From positions 48,794,001 through 48,858,000 of the forward strand of contig OX597824.1 in the NCBI GenBank assembly GCA_951406725.2: a stretch of 64,000 nt of DNA, in the 5' to 3' direction. Origin of the DNA: Octopus vulgaris. Taxonomy: Eukaryota. Of this stretch, positions 26,658 through 38,975 are shown piece after piece. Positions within the stretch are counted from its first letter, which is position 1, and each line of letters starts with the position of its first letter. The translations under genes were made by a program, and so were the position numbers. The notes beneath the pieces were generated by a model. That model ran no database searches. It had not been told where the DNA came from and saw nothing but the letters and a program-made list of their open reading frames with translations.

Positions 26658-27920
26658 CACCACTTTAGCACAAGGGTCGATGTAAATTTTCGGGCCTTGC
26701 ACCTACAGTAGAAAGAATTCTTATTATTGATGGTGGTGGTCATGGTGGTCGTCGTCGTGACAATGGTGGTGATGGCAATAAGGATGGCGATAATTAGGGC
26801 GGTGGTAACAGCAATGGGGCAGGTTTCATCGTTTTGTCGATGTTGGTGGTGGTGATGGTGGTGGTGGTGCTGCTGCTGCTGCTGCTTGTGCTGGTGGAGA
26901 TGCTGGTAGTAGCGGCGGCAACGTCATTGTTGGTTGTGGTGATGATGGGGGGACTGAGTTGGTGGTGGATGGCGTATTAATGATGGCGGGGTGTGGTTTT
27001 GTTGATATTGATGCTTGCAATGAAGATAATATTCAATCTGTCTTCCGTGTTTACTTTTCCAATGGACACCTTTCCAGTTCATCTCACCAAGAAAGGAATT
27101 CCGTCTCGCTGTCTATCTGTCAGTCTCTTCCTCTGCCACCACAGCCCTCCCTCTCTCTCCTCCCCTCGTTCTCTCTCTCTCTTTCTCTCTCAAATCTATA
27201 CGTGGAGGTAAGGTGGTGAGTAAGATGATGGCGATGGATGAACACTTTCTCATCCTCCCACCATTCCTTCCGTCACAATGAACATAAAACCGTAAAATGG
27301 AAAAAAAAATAATGCCTAGGGACGCCTTCTGCGGGAAACATGAGTAATAAAGTGGAAGCTAACATAATCATAGTCGTGAGAAAATTTAATCAATTAAAAT
27401 TACACGTGCTGTGGAAGAAAATATATTTTTATCTTCAATTATTAATTCTGGTCAGGAAGAGGTAGGGGAGACAACCTTTCAGTATAAGCTATTTAAAATT
27501 AAATATGAAATAGTGCGAGAATTAAATCTTGCTTTAAGTTGTTGTTTTTTTTTCTGCCGAAATTTCTTTTTCCCTTAGTTTTTCGTATCTTTATCTGTTT
27601 ATATTTTATAATATATTTTATTTGTTGTTAATGTTACCAAAGACGTCGCTATCTCTATCGTTGTTGTGGGTGTCATTGCCGTTTTGTTGTTGTTGGTGGT
27701 GGGGGGGGTTACTGTGTTCGAGGTTGTGGTTCCTTTCTACAAAAGCTTTGCCCAGTAAATTTGGATTGTCCTGCGTTCCAAAAATCACTTCTTAACTATG
27801 CTTCTACAACCTGCAACAAAGGACTCACCATTTTCTTGATTCTTTCAACGGTCACTCTCTTCCTCTCTTCCCCCTCTCTTCCCCCTCTCTTTCTCCCTCT
27901 CCCTCTCTCTCTTTCTCTCA

Positions 27921-27970
<50 letters not shown>

Positions 27971-27994
27971 AATATATATAAATATATATATATG

Positions 27995-28084
<90 letters not shown>

Positions 28085-28089
<5 letters not shown>

Positions 28090-29215
28090 GGAGTTGAACG
28101 CAGATGTTATTCAAATTCTTTTACTTCCGGCATATGTTTCGAAGACAACATTGGTATTATTCCAGAAGGAATAAAATGGTGTAAAACAATGCACTCTTCT
28201 CATCAGGGTAAGAAAGAAACCAAACACATCAATAAGGCATTTTAACAGAATGTGATGACTGCGTATATGATGATGGGAACGCTGTCAAGTTTATTTTTTT
28301 AAACCGTTAGTAGATATAACGTCAAAGGTAGTTTATAGAAGGAGAAGGAGGGGAAAGAAAGAAATTAGCAGAAAACTAATAGTGGGGAATATAGAGAGAT
28401 AGGTGAATTAGAATAAAGCTTAAAGGAATGGAAGATATAGTTAGTAGAAGTGCAATGTAAGAAGACAGTCAAAGGTCGAATTTTAAAGAATGGTAGAAAT
28501 CACTTATAGGAACTAAAGGTATGTTTCTTCCAATGTTTGCAACGACAAACGCGTTCTATAAACGTATTTATTGAGAATAGAATAAACGTATTTATTGAGA
28601 ATAGGATAAAAAACATTTCACTATTGCAAAGGGAACAAAAAGATTTACCTTTATCATAAGGTAAAGAAATAGAGAGAATATTCCATTCCAAATAAAATTG
28701 TTTATTATGATCTTTTAGATACCAGATTAATTTACTAAGCACAGTATTGTTACGTTTATTGATATGCTTATATGTAGAGTAATGATTGGATAATCTTTTG
28801 GACAACTGAGATGAAGAACTACCAATATAAAAAAGACGTCAGAACCGGAAGTAATTTTACATTGATAAATAGAGTTTCTAGTCTTAGAATTATTGCTAAG
28901 AAAACAAATGCGATTGGAGTTGAGTTCAGAAACAATAACCCTGCTGTTAATATTATTTAAAGAATGGTTAGTGTTAACAAAATTAATGTTAGTATTTTTA
29001 TTAAGTGGATTTGTATTTAACAACTTATTATTATGCGAAGAGATGATTTGTGAAAGATTTTTGTGTTAGAAAACCCTATCCTAATTCGGTGTGAGTTAAT
29101 AATCGAATAGTATCTTGAATTTCTTGGGAAATTCTTTTCTATAGCTTCACGAAACAGTGCTTCTCTGGTAACTGCGTATTTTTTTCCTTGTTATTTATAA
29201 ACACTGGAAAAATAC
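28085..29215 (-). mobile_element. Penelope-like element 3' part (GIY-YIG endonuclease relic plus terminal repeat)
   Basis: SIYQCKI, KRLSNHYST..NTVLSKLIWYLK..LEWNIL..CSLCNSE..CRCKH. Downstream hammerhead; (TA)n on both sides. Confidence 0.85.
28110..28220 (-). ncRNA. Hammerhead ribozyme motif (cleavage triplet GCC, probably inactive)
   Basis: Minus strand: CTGATGA GAAGA..TCTTC GAAA CATATG CC GG; same architecture as 14447-14545. Confidence 0.75.
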
Positions 29216-29226
29216 ACATACTTTTA

Positions 29227-29281
<55 letters not shown>

Positions 29282-29289
29282 TTAGTTAT

Positions 29290-29605
29290 TGGAGTACGGT
29301 TATGCTGGGCATCGTCTTGAATTTTTAATCGAATGAATCGGCCCATGGCTCTTTTGCCGCACCGCTAAGATACATGGACGTAAACACACCAACACCAGTT
29401 GTCAAGCGGTGGGGGGGGACAGACACAGATACAAAGACATACACACACACATATACACGACGGGCTTCTTTCAGTTTCCGTTTACCAAATCCACTCACAA
29501 GGCTTTGGTCAGCCCGAGGCTAAAATAGAAGATACTTGCCCAAGGTATGACATAGTGGGACTGAACGAAGTGTGTTAACGAAGCAAGCTTCTTTACCCCA
29601 CACAG
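29290..29605 (-). mobile_element. CORE-like SINE family B
   Basis: Reverse complement of ACCTTGGGCAAGT and GGAAACTGAAAGAAGCCCGTCG. Confidence 0.85.
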
Positions 29606-29934
29606 AAATTGCATGTTAAACTAGTAGTAACATGGAACAGCCACTTCGATGTGGCGATTAACTTTACTTGTTTGTATAGTTATTGCTCTGATCTCGACTT
29701 GAGATTTTACAACTAGCTATTACATACATAGGTAAAAATTCCAAAGAGAAGTGAGGCAGGTTTTGCAGAACTTAAGAGAAATAGAAAATGGAGACAAACG
29801 CACAATATGGTTTAAATAACGTCTTGTACAATTGTCTCCATTTTCCATTTCCCTTATCCATACACACACACATATATATATGTATATATATATACATATG
29901 TGTATATCTATATATATATATATATATATGCGTG

Positions 29935-29968
<34 letters not shown>

Positions 29969-29973
<5 letters not shown>

Positions 29974-30535
29974 ATTTTAGAAATTTTTACCACTAGTGGC
30001 CTAGCGTGTAGAAAAATTAGTCAATTGACTATATATTTCGGATACCTCTTACTTGTTTAAACGTACAAAGTATTTATATAAATAATATATAGTCTATTGA
30101 CTGATTTTTCTACACGCTAGGCCACTGGTAGTAAAACATTTCTAAAATCTTTATTACCCTGATATTATTAATTATTGATAATTTTTTCTAGAAAATTTTC
30201 GAAGTAACCCCGATATTATTTTTTTGCTGCCAACAAAAAAATGTGCTTGCGCGGTGGATTTGAAAAATTATAATATATAAGCATGAGGCACATGCTGGAT
30301 TTCCTCGTACTTATATGTTTAATCGAGGCATACCTGTTGATGAAGACTTCGGTTAGCAAATTATTTTATTTGCTAAAAAAAGTCAGAGGTCATGGTCCAG
30401 GAGATAGATGGTAGATGTTTTTATTTTTCATTCCCTTCGAAATTTTTGTCCGTAATAGTGCTTTGAACTTCGGGTGTTCCTTCTAGCGTGCCAGGATTCC
30501 TATGACGGATACCTCTTATTTGTTTAAATGTACAC
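29969..30535. mobile_element. Element with ~68-bp inverted repeat, terminal direct repeat and decayed hammerhead (PLE-LTR-like)
   Basis: Arms at ~29969-30037 and ~30084-30152. Loop sequence CGGATACCTCTTA(C/T)TTGTTTAAA recurs at ~30506. (TA)n flanks. Confidence 0.6.
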
Positions 30536-30541
30536 TATATA

Positions 30542-30577
<36 letters not shown>

Positions 30578-30684
30578 TTCGGGAATTTTGGTTGACTATC
30601 TAGGATTTGCGTTTTCATTTTCCTCTACTTAGTATTATTTCACAATAGCCTATACTTTCTATAACATACTTAATATTATATATA

Positions 30685-31080
30685 TCTTTATATATAAAAG
30701 TGAAGTTGTGTGTCTGTCTCCTACGATTTAGATTCCTAACTACTCCCACATTTTGCGGTGCAGTGTAACCAAAAGCGGGTATCTTATAGTCGTGATTCAT
30801 ATCGAGCCCTTCTGGGTGTTAGCGCGCGTCTACGATGAGTCTACGATTTTAAAAGAAATTTACCATCATTTTTTCCCATTTTTAATGCATTTTTTGGCTA
30901 TTATATAAGGGAAGTAGCTCTCTAAAAAATGTATTATTAAATCTCAGAACGTAAAAAGCTACAGTAACACCCCCCTTTGTGGTTAGCCTTATTGAGATGG
31001 CTATTATACTTTACATCTCTAAAAATGCTTATATAGTTATTTCCCTTACAAACCCGAGCAACGCCGGGCGATACTGCTAG
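30685..31080 (+). mobile_element. Non-autonomous Helitron (396 bp)
   Basis: A|TC 5' end (TCTTTATATATAAA), 3' hairpin CCCGAGCAACGCCGGG, CTAG|T end, no TSD. Confidence 0.85.
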
Positions 31081-31119
31081 TATATATATATATATTTATA
31101 TATATATATATATATATAT

Positions 31120-32137
31120 ATGGATCAAAGCAGTTTGGTTCAAATTCATTGGTACTCTTGAGTTTCAAGCGTGATGCTAGTCGTCAGCCATTTTGAATTT
31201 GATTGACAGAAGATGATTGCCATTACCGTTAGGTTGGCTGCGATTGGACGAGGAAGGTCGCACGGTGTCGTGGTTTGATGTTGGTATATTGGTAATAGCA
31301 GTTAGTTGAAAAATACCACATGGTGAACAAGAAATTGACAACATGAAGGACAGGAAATAGACCACGTGGCGATTAAGAAATCGGTCAGGTTGTTGGGGTT
31401 GGAGAAGTAGGAAGGGGCGGCATGTACAAGTATATAGTTCTATATGTGGGTGTGTAGACACGCTCATATGGTTTTTTGTGCATGTGTGTATTGATGGGAG
31501 CCTGCACATCTGTACATGGGCGTGCACGCGCACGTCTGCACACATACATACACACACACACACATGCTTGGATGAACACGCACACACATACGAGTGCATA
31601 CGCACACATGCACACATATACACGCATACTCATACACACATGCGTATTCATTATATGTATACTTGTTCCTTCTAGGGCCACGCCTGGCTCATAAGGGCCA
31701 GTTTTCCGGTTTCCTTGGCATATAGGTTCCCCACCTGGACGGAACGCCGGTCCGTCGCAGGTGAGCTGCAAGATGCAGGAGGAAAGAGAGAGAAAGTTGT
31801 GGCGAAAGAGTCAGCAGAAGTTCGCCATTACCTTCTGCCGGAGAGGCGTGGAGCTTAGGTGTTTCGCTCATAAACACACACATTGCCCAGTCTAGCTAAC
31901 TTTTGCTCATATACCAACATCAAACCACGACACCGTATGACCTTCCTCTACAAATCGCAGCCCACCTTACGGTAATAACAACCAACTTTTGTTTTTCAAA
32001 TTCAAAATGGCTGACGACTAGCATCCCGCTTGAAACTCAAGAGTACCAACGAATTTTAATGAAGCTGTTTTGATCCATACTTGTAACTCCCAATAAATTT
32101 ATTGAGTGCCCTTCTTTCGTTCGTCCACTCACTCGTA
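31120..32137. mobile_element. Long-TIR MITE/foldback (probably Tc1/mariner-derived)
   Basis: ~185-bp imperfect inverted repeats at 31120-31305 and 31895-32078. Right end CTCG-TA; left tip lost in (TA)n. Confidence 0.8.
31663..31892 (-). mobile_element. Third SINE-like family (5'-truncated), nested in the MITE
   Basis: Minus strand CCTGCGACGGACCGGCGTTCCGTCCAGG..GGAAACCGG resembles common invertebrate SINE 3' modules. GC-rich island. Confidence 0.55.
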
Positions 32138-32138
32138 T

Positions 32139-32181
<43 letters not shown>

Positions 32182-32183
<2 letters not shown>

Positions 32184-32334
32184 CACAGTAGTGACTGTGT
32201 GGTAAGTAGCTAGCTTACCAACCAAATGGTTCCGGGTTCAGTCCCACTGGGTGGCACCTTCTACTATAGCCGACTAAAGCCTTGTGAGTGGATTTGGTAG
32301 ACGGAAACTGAAAGAAGCCCGTCGTATATATATG

Positions 32335-32416
<82 letters not shown>

Positions 32417-32624
32417 GTGTATCTGTGTTTGTCCCCAACATCGCTTGACAACCGATGCTGGTGTGTTTAGGTCTCTGTAACTTAGCGGTTCGGCGAAAGG
32501 GACCGATAGAATAAGTACTAGGCTTAGAAAGAATAAGTCCTGGAGTAGATTCGATTCGACTAAAGGCGTTGCTCCAGCATGGCCGCAGTCAAATGATTGA
32601 AACAAGTAATAGAATAAAAGAAAG
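32182..32624 (+). mobile_element. Full-length CORE-like tRNA SINE family B with internal (TA)(TG) tract
   Basis: A-box TGACTGTGTGGT, B-box GGTTCAGTCCC, tail CTCCAGCATGGCCGCAGTCAAATGATTGAAACAAG. Confidence 0.9.
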
Positions 32625-32715
32625 TATAATGAATATATATATATAATAAATATATATATATGTATAATAAAGAATATATAAATATATATATATATATTAC
32701 ATGGAAAAGTGCAAG

Positions 32716-33538
32716 CAAGAGAAATAATATTCTTAAGATTATGAAACTGGAAAATTACAGGACAAGTTATTACACTTGGAGAAGTTCAGGACAGCTTATT
32801 ACATCTGGTAAAGTACAGAACAAGAACATCTTTACTTAAAATATTGCAGCTATGGATAAAATTTCAAATAAAATATTTAGATTTAGAAAATATTAGCTTT
32901 TATTAAAACTAAATATTTTATTACAAGATATTATTTCTATTTGACATTACTTGTTGCTTCTATTAAAAATGGAAAATAACTCAAAATATTTTTTGCCTTT
33001 TCGAAAAATTAATTTTTAAATTATTAATTGATAATTAGAAATTTGCAAATAGGTCATAAAAATAATAGTAGTACATAATTAGTTAGTACAATAAATAGAA
33101 TAATGCAAAAAAATTAGTTACATATTACAATAAAATTTATGTATAACAACAAATTCACAGTAAAATTCGCTTGAAATATTTCCCAAGTTATTGCAAAGTC
33201 TTCACATTTTTAGTCTTGAGCCTATGCTTATATTTTACATAATGAGTTTTCCTACTATATATACTATTCTATTTCTCATAAAATTTTAACTATATTGGTA
33301 CTTCTGGCTCTCATTTTTAAGTATTCTAGTGTGTCAATATTTTAACAAAATGATGGTACCTTTTTCAATTATAGTGTTACATTGCAAATTAAAATCAAAT
33401 AATTCTATCTTTAGAAGCAATATTTTAAGTAAAAAAAATTTTTCTTCTGTACTTTACCAGATGTACTGAGTTGTCCTGAACTCTTCCAAGTGTAATAACT
33501 TTTCCAGGTTTATAATCTTAAGAATATCATATCTCTTG
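32716..33538. mobile_element. AT-rich MITE/foldback with ~125-bp inverted repeats
   Basis: 32716-32847 is an imperfect reverse complement of 33417-33538. Confidence 0.75.
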
Positions 33539-33569
33539 GTAGTTCAGACATGTACTTTATATAAAGATA

Positions 33570-34092
33570 CCGTAAATCTTCGAGTATAATCCGCATTTTT
33601 CCCCAAAAATTTAAAGGTCAAAATCCCTAGTGCGTACTATATACGAGGTTAAAAATGAAAAATATTTTCTAAGTAATGTCCGAGTCCCTATTTGCTGTCC
33701 GGTAATGTTTATTCAGACGCATTTTGTGATGTCGGGCACGAAAATATCTTACGCTAAGCCTGAAAGCAATGAAGTCATAAAAGAATCATCCATAACTTGC
33801 AGTAAGCAACATTTATTAAAATAAAAGTATTCAGAACACAGAATAACATGTAACAAAAACAATTTGCAGATATATTTACATTCCCATATAACAGTTAAGA
33901 ACATCACCATTATTGTATTACGCATGCGCGGAAGTGTTTGTTTGACAAGGTGCTGCTGGCTTAATTACGCACGACTCAATTTAGAGAAGGGGTGCGTATT
34001 ATACAAAAGGTTTAGGTTTTTCAGAGGTACAGCCATCTAAAAACCCCCCTACGTATTATACTCAAGGGCGGACTATACTCGAGGATTTACGG
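33570..34092. mobile_element. Tc1/mariner (pogo/Tigger-type) MITE
   Basis: TA|CCGTAAATCTTCGAGTATAATCCGC ... GCGGACTATACTCGAGGATTTACGG|TA; subterminal CGTATTATAC-type repeats. Confidence 0.9.
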
Positions 34093-34149
34093 TACTTTCT
34101 ATAGTATTTCCAAAGTGTAGATTCCAAGGTAGGTGACGTTACTCATTTG

Positions 34150-34197
<48 letters not shown>

Positions 34198-34695
34198 GTA
34201 GCTGTCTAGTGAGAGGCTCATTTTTCCCAAGAAGAAATGCGCGCGCTCATTCTCTTTCGCTTCTTTCACTTAGTAATAAACTAGTTTTAAAAAATTAAAC
34301 CAGTTAACCAATCAATAGATTCATTAATCGCTCGATCAATCACTTAATCACTCTGTTGGTTTGTCAGACTCCATTCGTCGTCATTCGCGACCTCATCAGT
34401 GCACGCCTTTCTAACTCCAAAGTGTGTGCGTGCGCGTGTGTATGTGTGAGTGTGCGTGCGTGCGTGGCGTGCGTGGCATGCGTGCGTGCATGCGTGCGTG
34501 TCTGTGTACAGGTCTCGTGTGTGGTTATGTACGTACACGTCTTATAAAACTAATAAGAGAATCAGGACTGAATACATGAGCTTATATATATTTTTTTCTT
34601 TTAATTTTTAATCCGAATGCGTTGACGCTATATCGTATTGCTTCTGCACTTATTGCTGCTGCTTTGATTGTTTCAGTGATTCCTGTAGTTGCTGT

Positions 34696-34727
<32 letters not shown>

Positions 34728-35123
34728 CTGCTGCTCTTGTTGTTGCTACTGTTGTTGATTCTATCACTGTTACTGATGCATTATTGCTGTTGTAGATGAT
34801 GATGATGAATGCGAAAGCTTTGATGCTTATAACGATGATGATAATGATGATAACGTTGTTGTTGCTGTTGTTGTTATCGTCGTCGTTGTTGTCAGAACTC
34901 TTGCTGTGTCTACAATTGTTTTTATAGCTGCTGTGGGCCATTTCATTTATATTAGTGTTCTTGTTTCTAGAATGAAACTTTGAAACACACACACATACGC
35001 ACACTACTTCTCTCTCATTCACTCTCTTTATCTCTGTGTCTCTCTCTCTCCCTCTCTCTCTCTCTCTTTCTCTCCCTCTCTCTCTCACTCTCTCTCTCTC
35101 ACTCTCTCTCTCTCACTCTCTCC

Positions 35124-35160
<37 letters not shown>

Positions 35161-35171
35161 CTCTCTCTTTA

Positions 35172-35205
<34 letters not shown>

Positions 35206-35657
35206 TCAACTGCATACATACACATTCATAAATAAACCAGCAAAGTAAACACTGCAATCTATCCGTGGTCCGTTTATTTGCTTTTCACGCCTTTAAGAAT
35301 TAGAAATGGTGGTTGACAAGGAAATTAAATATTATTGATTAATTAACAAATACGTTTCTTTTTTCTGAGGCAGTTTTTCTTTCTTCGCTACTTCGTTTCA
35401 TTCATCGTTGTCTCTCATTTTTTCATTCACTTCTACCCTCGTTTCTACCACATCCTTAATTGAATTTATTTTCGCACACTCATTCGCTCAGTTTTTAATT
35501 TCTTTCTAAGTATCCTGTCCTTCATTCATCACTACACTCATTCATTTCTACTCACTCAAACTTTTATTGACCTCAGCACTCATTCTTTCATTCATTTCTG
35601 CACTCCTGATTCATTTCACAACTGCTTTTCATTCGTTTCAACGCAATCTCTTTTCAT

Positions 35658-35769
35658 TTACTCTTTTACTTGTTTCAGTCATTTGACTGCGGCCATGCTG
35701 GAGCACCGCCTTTAGTAGAGCAAATCGACCCCAGGACTTATTCTTTGTAAGCCTAGTACTTATTCTATC

Positions 35770-35826
<57 letters not shown>

Positions 35827-35987
35827 GACGGGCTTCTTTCCGTTTCGTCTACCAAATCCACTCGCAAGGCTTTGGTCTGCCCGAGGCTATAGTAGAAGAC
35901 ACTTCCCCAAGGTGCCACGCTGTGGAACTGAACCCAGAGGTATGTGGTTGGTAAGCAAGCTACTTACCACATAGCCACTCCTGCGCC
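35658..35987 (-). mobile_element. Full-length SINE family B
   Basis: Head GGCGCAGGAGTGGCTATGTGG, CORE-like GGCACCTTGGGGAAGT, canonical tail. Confidence 0.9.
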
Positions 35988-36134
35988 TATTTATTTGTAC
36001 AATTTCTTGCTCTTACCTCAAATCATTATATTTACACTCGTTCCAATTATTTCTATGTGACTCTTTTATTCATTTCTCACATCCAGTCTTTCAATCAACT
36101 CTAGACACACCCAGTCTTTTAATTAATTCTCAGT

Positions 36135-36276
36135 GATTCAGGGTTCAGTCCCACTGCGTGGTACCTTGAGTAGCTGTCTTCTACTATCGCGTCGGGCCAA
36201 TCAAAGCCTTGTGAGTGAATTTGTAGGCGGAAACTGAAAGAAGCCCGTCGTATATGTCGTATGTGTGCGTGCATGC

Positions 36277-36320
<44 letters not shown>

Positions 36321-36500
36321 CACAACCGGTTTTGGTGTGTTTACGTCTCCATAAATTAGCGGTTTGACAAAAGTGATCGACAGAGTAAGTACTAGGCTTA
36401 ACAAAAATACGTTCTGGTGTCGATTCATCCGGTTAAAAATTCATCACGGCGATGCCCCAGCATGGCCGGAGCCTAATGACTGAAACAAGTTAAAAGAAAA
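36135..36500 (+). mobile_element. SINE family B (5'-truncated)
   Basis: GGGTTCAGTCCCACTG..AAGCCCGTCG..CAGCATGGCC..TGACTGAAACAAG. Confidence 0.85.
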
Positions 36501-36544
36501 CAGATAGAAGATGCACCCAGTATTTTAATAATTTCTGTATAAAT

Positions 36545-36760
36545 GGCAGCGAGCTGGTAGAAACGTTAGCACGTGGGGCGACATCCTTAGCGGCATTTCG
36601 TCCGTCTTTACGTTCTGAGTTCAATTTCCGCCGAGGTCGATTTTGCCCTTCATCCTTTCGGAGTCGATAAATTAAGTACCACTTGCGTACTAGGGTGCAT
36701 CTAATCGACTGGCCCCCTCCCCAAAAATTTCTGGTCTTGTGCCTAGTGTAGAAAAGAATA
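36545..36760 (+). mobile_element. SINE family A (tail type 2)
   Basis: Same head and centre as 26419; tail CCCCCTCCCCAAAAATTTC..CTTGTGCCTAGTGTAGAAAAG. Confidence 0.88.
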
Positions 36761-37033
36761 ATTTCTATATACACCCTTCACAAACTCAATCTTTTTATTC
36801 TTTTCAACACTCTCCATTCTTTCATTTATATTTTATTCTCTAAATCTTTAATCCATTTCTATCTTCTGTATTTCATTTTCTGTCTTTCATTCCTTGCGAT
36901 ACTCTCGTTCATACACTCACTGACATACCTTCCTTCACTCCTTCATTTCTACATTCTTCATTCATTACCCTCATTTTTTATTCATTTTTATCTTCTTTCA
37001 CTGCTCCCTTCCATTCTCATTTTCATTATTTCT

Positions 37034-37114
<81 letters not shown>

Positions 37115-37265
37115 GTTGTTGTTGTTGCTGTTGCTGCTGCTGTTGTTGCTGTTTCCTCGATCCGCACAGACGCTCCTCCGATACTCCCTATCCTCCATTA
37201 CCGAGTTCAACTCGGGAACTGATAAGCTGCTGTGGATCACCACTCTATCAACGTATGTTGTAGCC

Positions 37266-37622
37266 CAGTGGTTCTCAATTGGATCCATATGGCCCCTAAG
37301 GATCCATATAAGATTTGGGGGTGGGGTCCACGAAACAAAATAGTGAATTGGGGATCTGCAATAGTATTTTAAGGGTCCCTGAAAAATTTTTCTTTAAATG
37401 TGTGTATTGGTATGTATTGCATGAAACATCCGAGTTGCTTTCTCTAACATTTTACATAGTTCATCCTACACATGTTAATGTGTGGAAAACAAAATAGGAA
37501 TTTTCTTTAAAAGAAGTTTCTATAAAACTATATTTTAGACATCGAATAGCTATGGGGGTCCATCAGAATAGAATAGTAATCAAAGGGGTCCATAGATAAA
37601 AAAAAAATGGTTGATAATTCTG
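37266..37622. mobile_element. hAT (Charlie-like) MITE
   Basis: CAGTGGTTCTCAA ... TTGATAATTCTG termini; 8-bp TSD TTGTAGCC/TTGTAGTC. Confidence 0.82.
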
Positions 37623-37773
37623 TTGTAGTCAGTTGACCACTACACCTACGGTCATACATTGGTTCCAAGAGTAATACATTCCTGATGCATTCGTTCCTGA
37701 GCCAGCAACAACAACAACAACAACAACATTGAAAAATACCTTAGGAATGAGAATCCAGGTTCGAAATTTCCCC

Positions 37774-37822
37774 AAGACACCTGATGAAGACTGGAGGGTA
37801 TATCAGCTGAAACGTTATATTA
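37774..37822 (+). ncRNA. Minimal hammerhead-like motif in a short repeat (~37728-37878)
   Basis: GACAC CTGATGA AGACTGG..TCAGCT GAAA CGTT ATATT; palindromic AACGTT; stems partly decayed. Confidence 0.55.
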
Positions 37823-38654
37823 ACAACAAACAAGATGAGAACAAATATCTATCAAATGTAAATAATGTAAATAATGTTTCTGTTATTAGTTTATTATTCT
37901 CAGTTGATCCTTCTAGCCTCTTTGAATCTTTCCTAACCTCTTTCCTTCTCTCAACCAGAGCTTTCTTGTAGCTTGGGTACATTCCTTGTCCATTGGTGTC
38001 TTGCCTAAAATTTATCCTCCATTGCTTATTTACTATCTTCTTTCTTTCCTTTTCGTCTTGCCATGTTCCTTCATTTCCTGTTTTCTTTCTATTTCTTCTT
38101 TTTCGTTTGTTTCTTTCTTTCTGTTATTCTTATTTGGACATCTCTTTCTCCTTAGGTCTTCTTTGCACTTTTCCTTGTCACTCTCTCCTTTTTCCATTTT
38201 CTTTCTTCTCTGCCTTCTATAACACTATTTTCCCACAGTCTATATATGAAACGCGTTATCTATGAAACGAAATCAAAGAAATAACCTGTTTTGTACATAA
38301 CATTTACACTGTTCGGGAGACAACAGACTGATAAACTACGAAACGAAATTGAAGGCATAATCTGGTTAGAGATAAACCATTTATATAATTTATAGTATTC
38401 GTAAAACAATTGACTGATAAATATTTAAAATTAAGCGCCACACACACACACAAAATCAGTGTATGTGTATTCTCTTTTGTTGTGTGCTTGTACGTACGTG
38501 AGTGTGTGTGTAGTCTATTTCAGAAATTCCAACTCAGACGAGACGTCAGCCATTGTATTTCAGTCACTCGAGTCCTGCCATTGGCATTTTATACCGTTAC
38601 AAAAATAAAGCTGTATTACAGCATAGTAAGATTTGTTAGAACCTTGCCAACATA

Positions 38655-38975
38655 GTCGACTTTGCCTTTCGTCCTTTCGTGGTCGATAAAAATAAGTACC
38701 AGTTGAGCACCGGGATTTATGTAATCGACTTACCGATATTGCTGACCTTGAGCTAAAATCTGAAATAGGTCTCAAATTTTGGCACACAGCCAGCAATTTC
38801 GGAGGGAGGGTGTAAGTCCATTACATCAACCTTCAGTACTCAATTGGTACTTAATTCATTGAAAAGACGAAAGGCAAAGTCGACCCCGAAGGAATTTGAG
38901 CTCAGAACGTAAAGGCGAACGAAATGCCACTAAGCATTTCGCCAAGCGTACTAACAATTCTGCTAGCTCACTGCC
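38655..38975. mobile_element. Tail-to-tail inverted pair of SINE family A
   Basis: Plus-strand body 38655-38766 abuts minus-strand copy ~38770-38975. Confidence 0.8.

Noticed and set aside
25871-27020. Gly-rich or Pro/His-rich ORFs as a structural protein or transcription factor exon
   Set aside because: Triplet low complexity with frame-breaking indels, an inserted SINE and no domain motif.
34365-34410. Minus-strand CTGATGAGGTCG..CGACGAAT hammerhead-like string
   Set aside because: GAAA box is GAAT, stem II register is off, and there is no convincing stem I or III.
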